The notes under the pieces are model-generated. The model searched no databases, was not told the DNA's origin, and worked only from the letters and a program-made list of their open reading frames with translations. A stretch of DNA of 62,799 nt, the filler included, from Hausera hauseri (Eukaryota), in the NCBI GenBank assembly GCA_046269625.1. It is 11 parts of 11 records of this genome, joined end to end, with 100 filler letters (N's around TTAATTAATTAA, not from the genome) between each part and the next. Parts side by side here need not be neighbours in the genome. Positions count along the whole stretch, not along the records: positions 58,605 to 62,799 come from JBJURY010707881.1; 10 more parts are not named here. The stretch is one strand, 5' to 3'. Numbering within the stretch: the first letter of the stretch is position 1; each line of letters starts with the position of its first letter. This document shows, one piece after another, positions 60,873 to 62,799 of this stretch. The position numbers and the translations under genes are program-made.

Positions 60873-62753
60873 TATTGGAGTATCGGTTGTCCAGCAACTT
60901 CAACCACCCCTGTATTCGATTCGTTGTTTCATTGTAATCAATTTCATTGACGTCATCATGAATGCAAAAAAAGCAAAAACTGTCTCAACCATTTCTGCTA
61001 AACGTCCCTGAATTGCATTGAGGTCATGTGATTGGTTGTCCACCGTTTTTGACGCGAACAAAGCCAAAGTTCCACGTAACTAGAGAAGGCTCTGATTATC
61101 CACAATTAATCGATGAATAGAAGACGATGGGTAGTGAACAATTTTTTTCCACTGAAAAATTAATCTTTTCCCTTATAGAGGAGACATTTGACATGATTGA
61201 TTTAGTGAGATGTCTAAATTATTATCACTTTCGCCGCTTTTATCTTCAATGTTTTGTTCTGGCAGATCGGATTCTGCTGTACTTGGTAACGATTTCGATT
61301 TGATGTCCATTGTTTAAAATTCAATTGTCTCTGATTCGATCTTTATCAACAATATCGAATAAATAATGAGGGCAATGATACACACCGTGAGACATAAAGC
61401 TAGAAATACACTTATCTGCACTTCAAAAAAATATCGTAAAATCATGCAATTAAATAAAATGGTGTAGACGATTATCAATACAAAACCAATTCAAACGAGT
61501 TCGAAAATTTTTTTATTTTTCTTTATCTTAAAACAAAACACTCCTTTGCACACTCAAAAAACGTAACAAAAAAGAGGCCAGCGAATCCGACAGTAATTTC
61601 TCAAAATGAAATATTTTCTCTAATGGCATTTTGATCCAAAATCGTATCATATTTTGATAAACAAAATTTGAGCTTATATCGGAATAAACCAATTTATAAT
61701 ATTGTCTAGCATTACTCATCGGTACAATGTTATATTTAAAGATTTTCAGTAATGACAATGCGGTAAAAATAACAACGATGCTAAAAATATATCAAGTTTT
61801 TTTGGTTAAAATTTTTTTTGCATGATCACCATGACTCAGATACTTGAGCCTATAAAAACTTGCCATTATTAAGGTCCCAATAGACATGGCTTCAAACATT
61901 GATGCAAACGGTAGCATGTATGCTATGAGTTATAGATGAAAAGTCGAATAAATTTCCAATTGATCGGTTAATCCAGGATAGATCAGAAACAGGAATTTTT
62001 GAGATAAAAGTAAAAATAATAAACAACGTCACACACTGGCTGATAAGTAGCATCACGTGATTTGGATTTTTGTGGAATTCATTTGAAAAAAACTCATGTA
62101 AATTAAACTTGAAAAATACTGAGAACAGCTATAATCATTCCGAAAGTACCGGCTACATTATGGTAATCTTTGTAGGCCCATTGAGGAATACATAAGTAGT
62201 CATCGAAACAAGTTGTATTAAATGAAAGAATAGGATCGATTGATATATTTTGTTTGCATGGTATTGGCGTTGCAATTGTATAAATAAGTCCAGTGACTAT
62301 GGTATCGATAGTGTTATTCTTACATACCGTTCTATCACATTGCAAATAATTGCACCGATAATGAAGGACATGGCTAGTAAATTTAAACGTATCAGTAGGC
62401 GGGAGAATGTTTTCCGATGGCTCGGATGTGAATTTCTGTTACTGTGTTTCTGTAAATATAAACTGCGACTGGATCTGTTGGTAAAACATTTGCTGCATTC
62501 CGGACATTTGTACTTTAACATTACCAATTTGTATGAAAACTGAGTAAAAATTCAGTTTTTTAATGAAATGTCCAACAACATGTATTATTTTCGACGTTCG
62601 CCGATTCAACTTCAAATGTTTCAGATGAACTCTACGTAGCTTCTTTCGAGGCAGAAGATCGGTGCCCGCCTATGGGCCCGACGCGGCGGCAACGGAGGCC
62701 CGGCCGTGTTCAACAAAATGGGCCAGAGGGCGCCGGCCGCTACGGGCACCACA
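60873..62753. mobile_element. 1881-bp insertion in PolB with an apparent 5-bp target-site duplication
   Basis: Flanks GTAAG (60868-60872) and GTAAC (62754-62758). The empty site CATGTAAGGGATAAAA is at 33154-33169. The insert ends in CA. Confidence 0.75.
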
Positions 62754-62799
62754 GTAACGGATAAAATTCGTCCTCCTCCAATCCGAAGATGTTGATGGA
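62754..62799 (-). pseudogene. PolB continuation beyond the insertion
   Basis: GGATAAAATTCGTCCTCCTCCAATCCGAAGATGTTGATGGA matches 33162-33202. Confidence 0.85.

Noticed and set aside
60873-60907. MVEVAGQPILQY as the PolB start
   Set aside because: These codons come from the insertion; true PolB sequence resumes at 62754.
62640-62753. GC-rich stretch as a 28S rRNA fragment
   Set aside because: No conserved rRNA motif matches; it is the right end of the insertion in PolB.
1-62799. Window as a single giant-virus or prokaryotic genome segment
   Set aside because: Spliceosomal-type introns, RPAP1, fish-type genes and satellites are present, and no NCLDV or bacterial core genes were recognised.

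Overview
This window is not one locus. It is 11 eukaryotic contigs joined by 100-bp artificial spacers (44 N + TTAATTAATTAA + 44 N), plus one scaffold gap at 47017-47164. Most of it is decayed mobile or viral DNA: Ty3/Gypsy fragments, Polinton/Maverick-type protein-primed PolB copies, a fish-type ERV, a LINE ORF1 esterase, a THAP transposase exon, a Vingi-like 3' end and a Helitron-like end. It also holds a 12.6-kb 15-bp minisatellite, a 4-kb 44-bp E-box satellite, a divergent RPAP1 gene, a PINK1-like kinase remnant and teleost-type zinc-finger gene pieces, so the origin is mixed. The most interesting system is seen in two diverged copies (8082-12604 and 34922-41404, minus strand): a Ty3/Gypsy element whose chuvirus-like glycoprotein lies UPSTREAM of protease-RT-RNaseH-integrase and in the same reading frame. 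The stops separating G from Pol in one copy are sense codons in the other. This implies an ancestral single polyprotein: ubiquitin-like domain, internal signal peptide, G, TM, PTAP tail, then Pol. A different Gypsy element has a ubiquitin-like domain ending in RLKGG fused directly in front of Gag. All family calls come from manual motif recognition; no searches were run.
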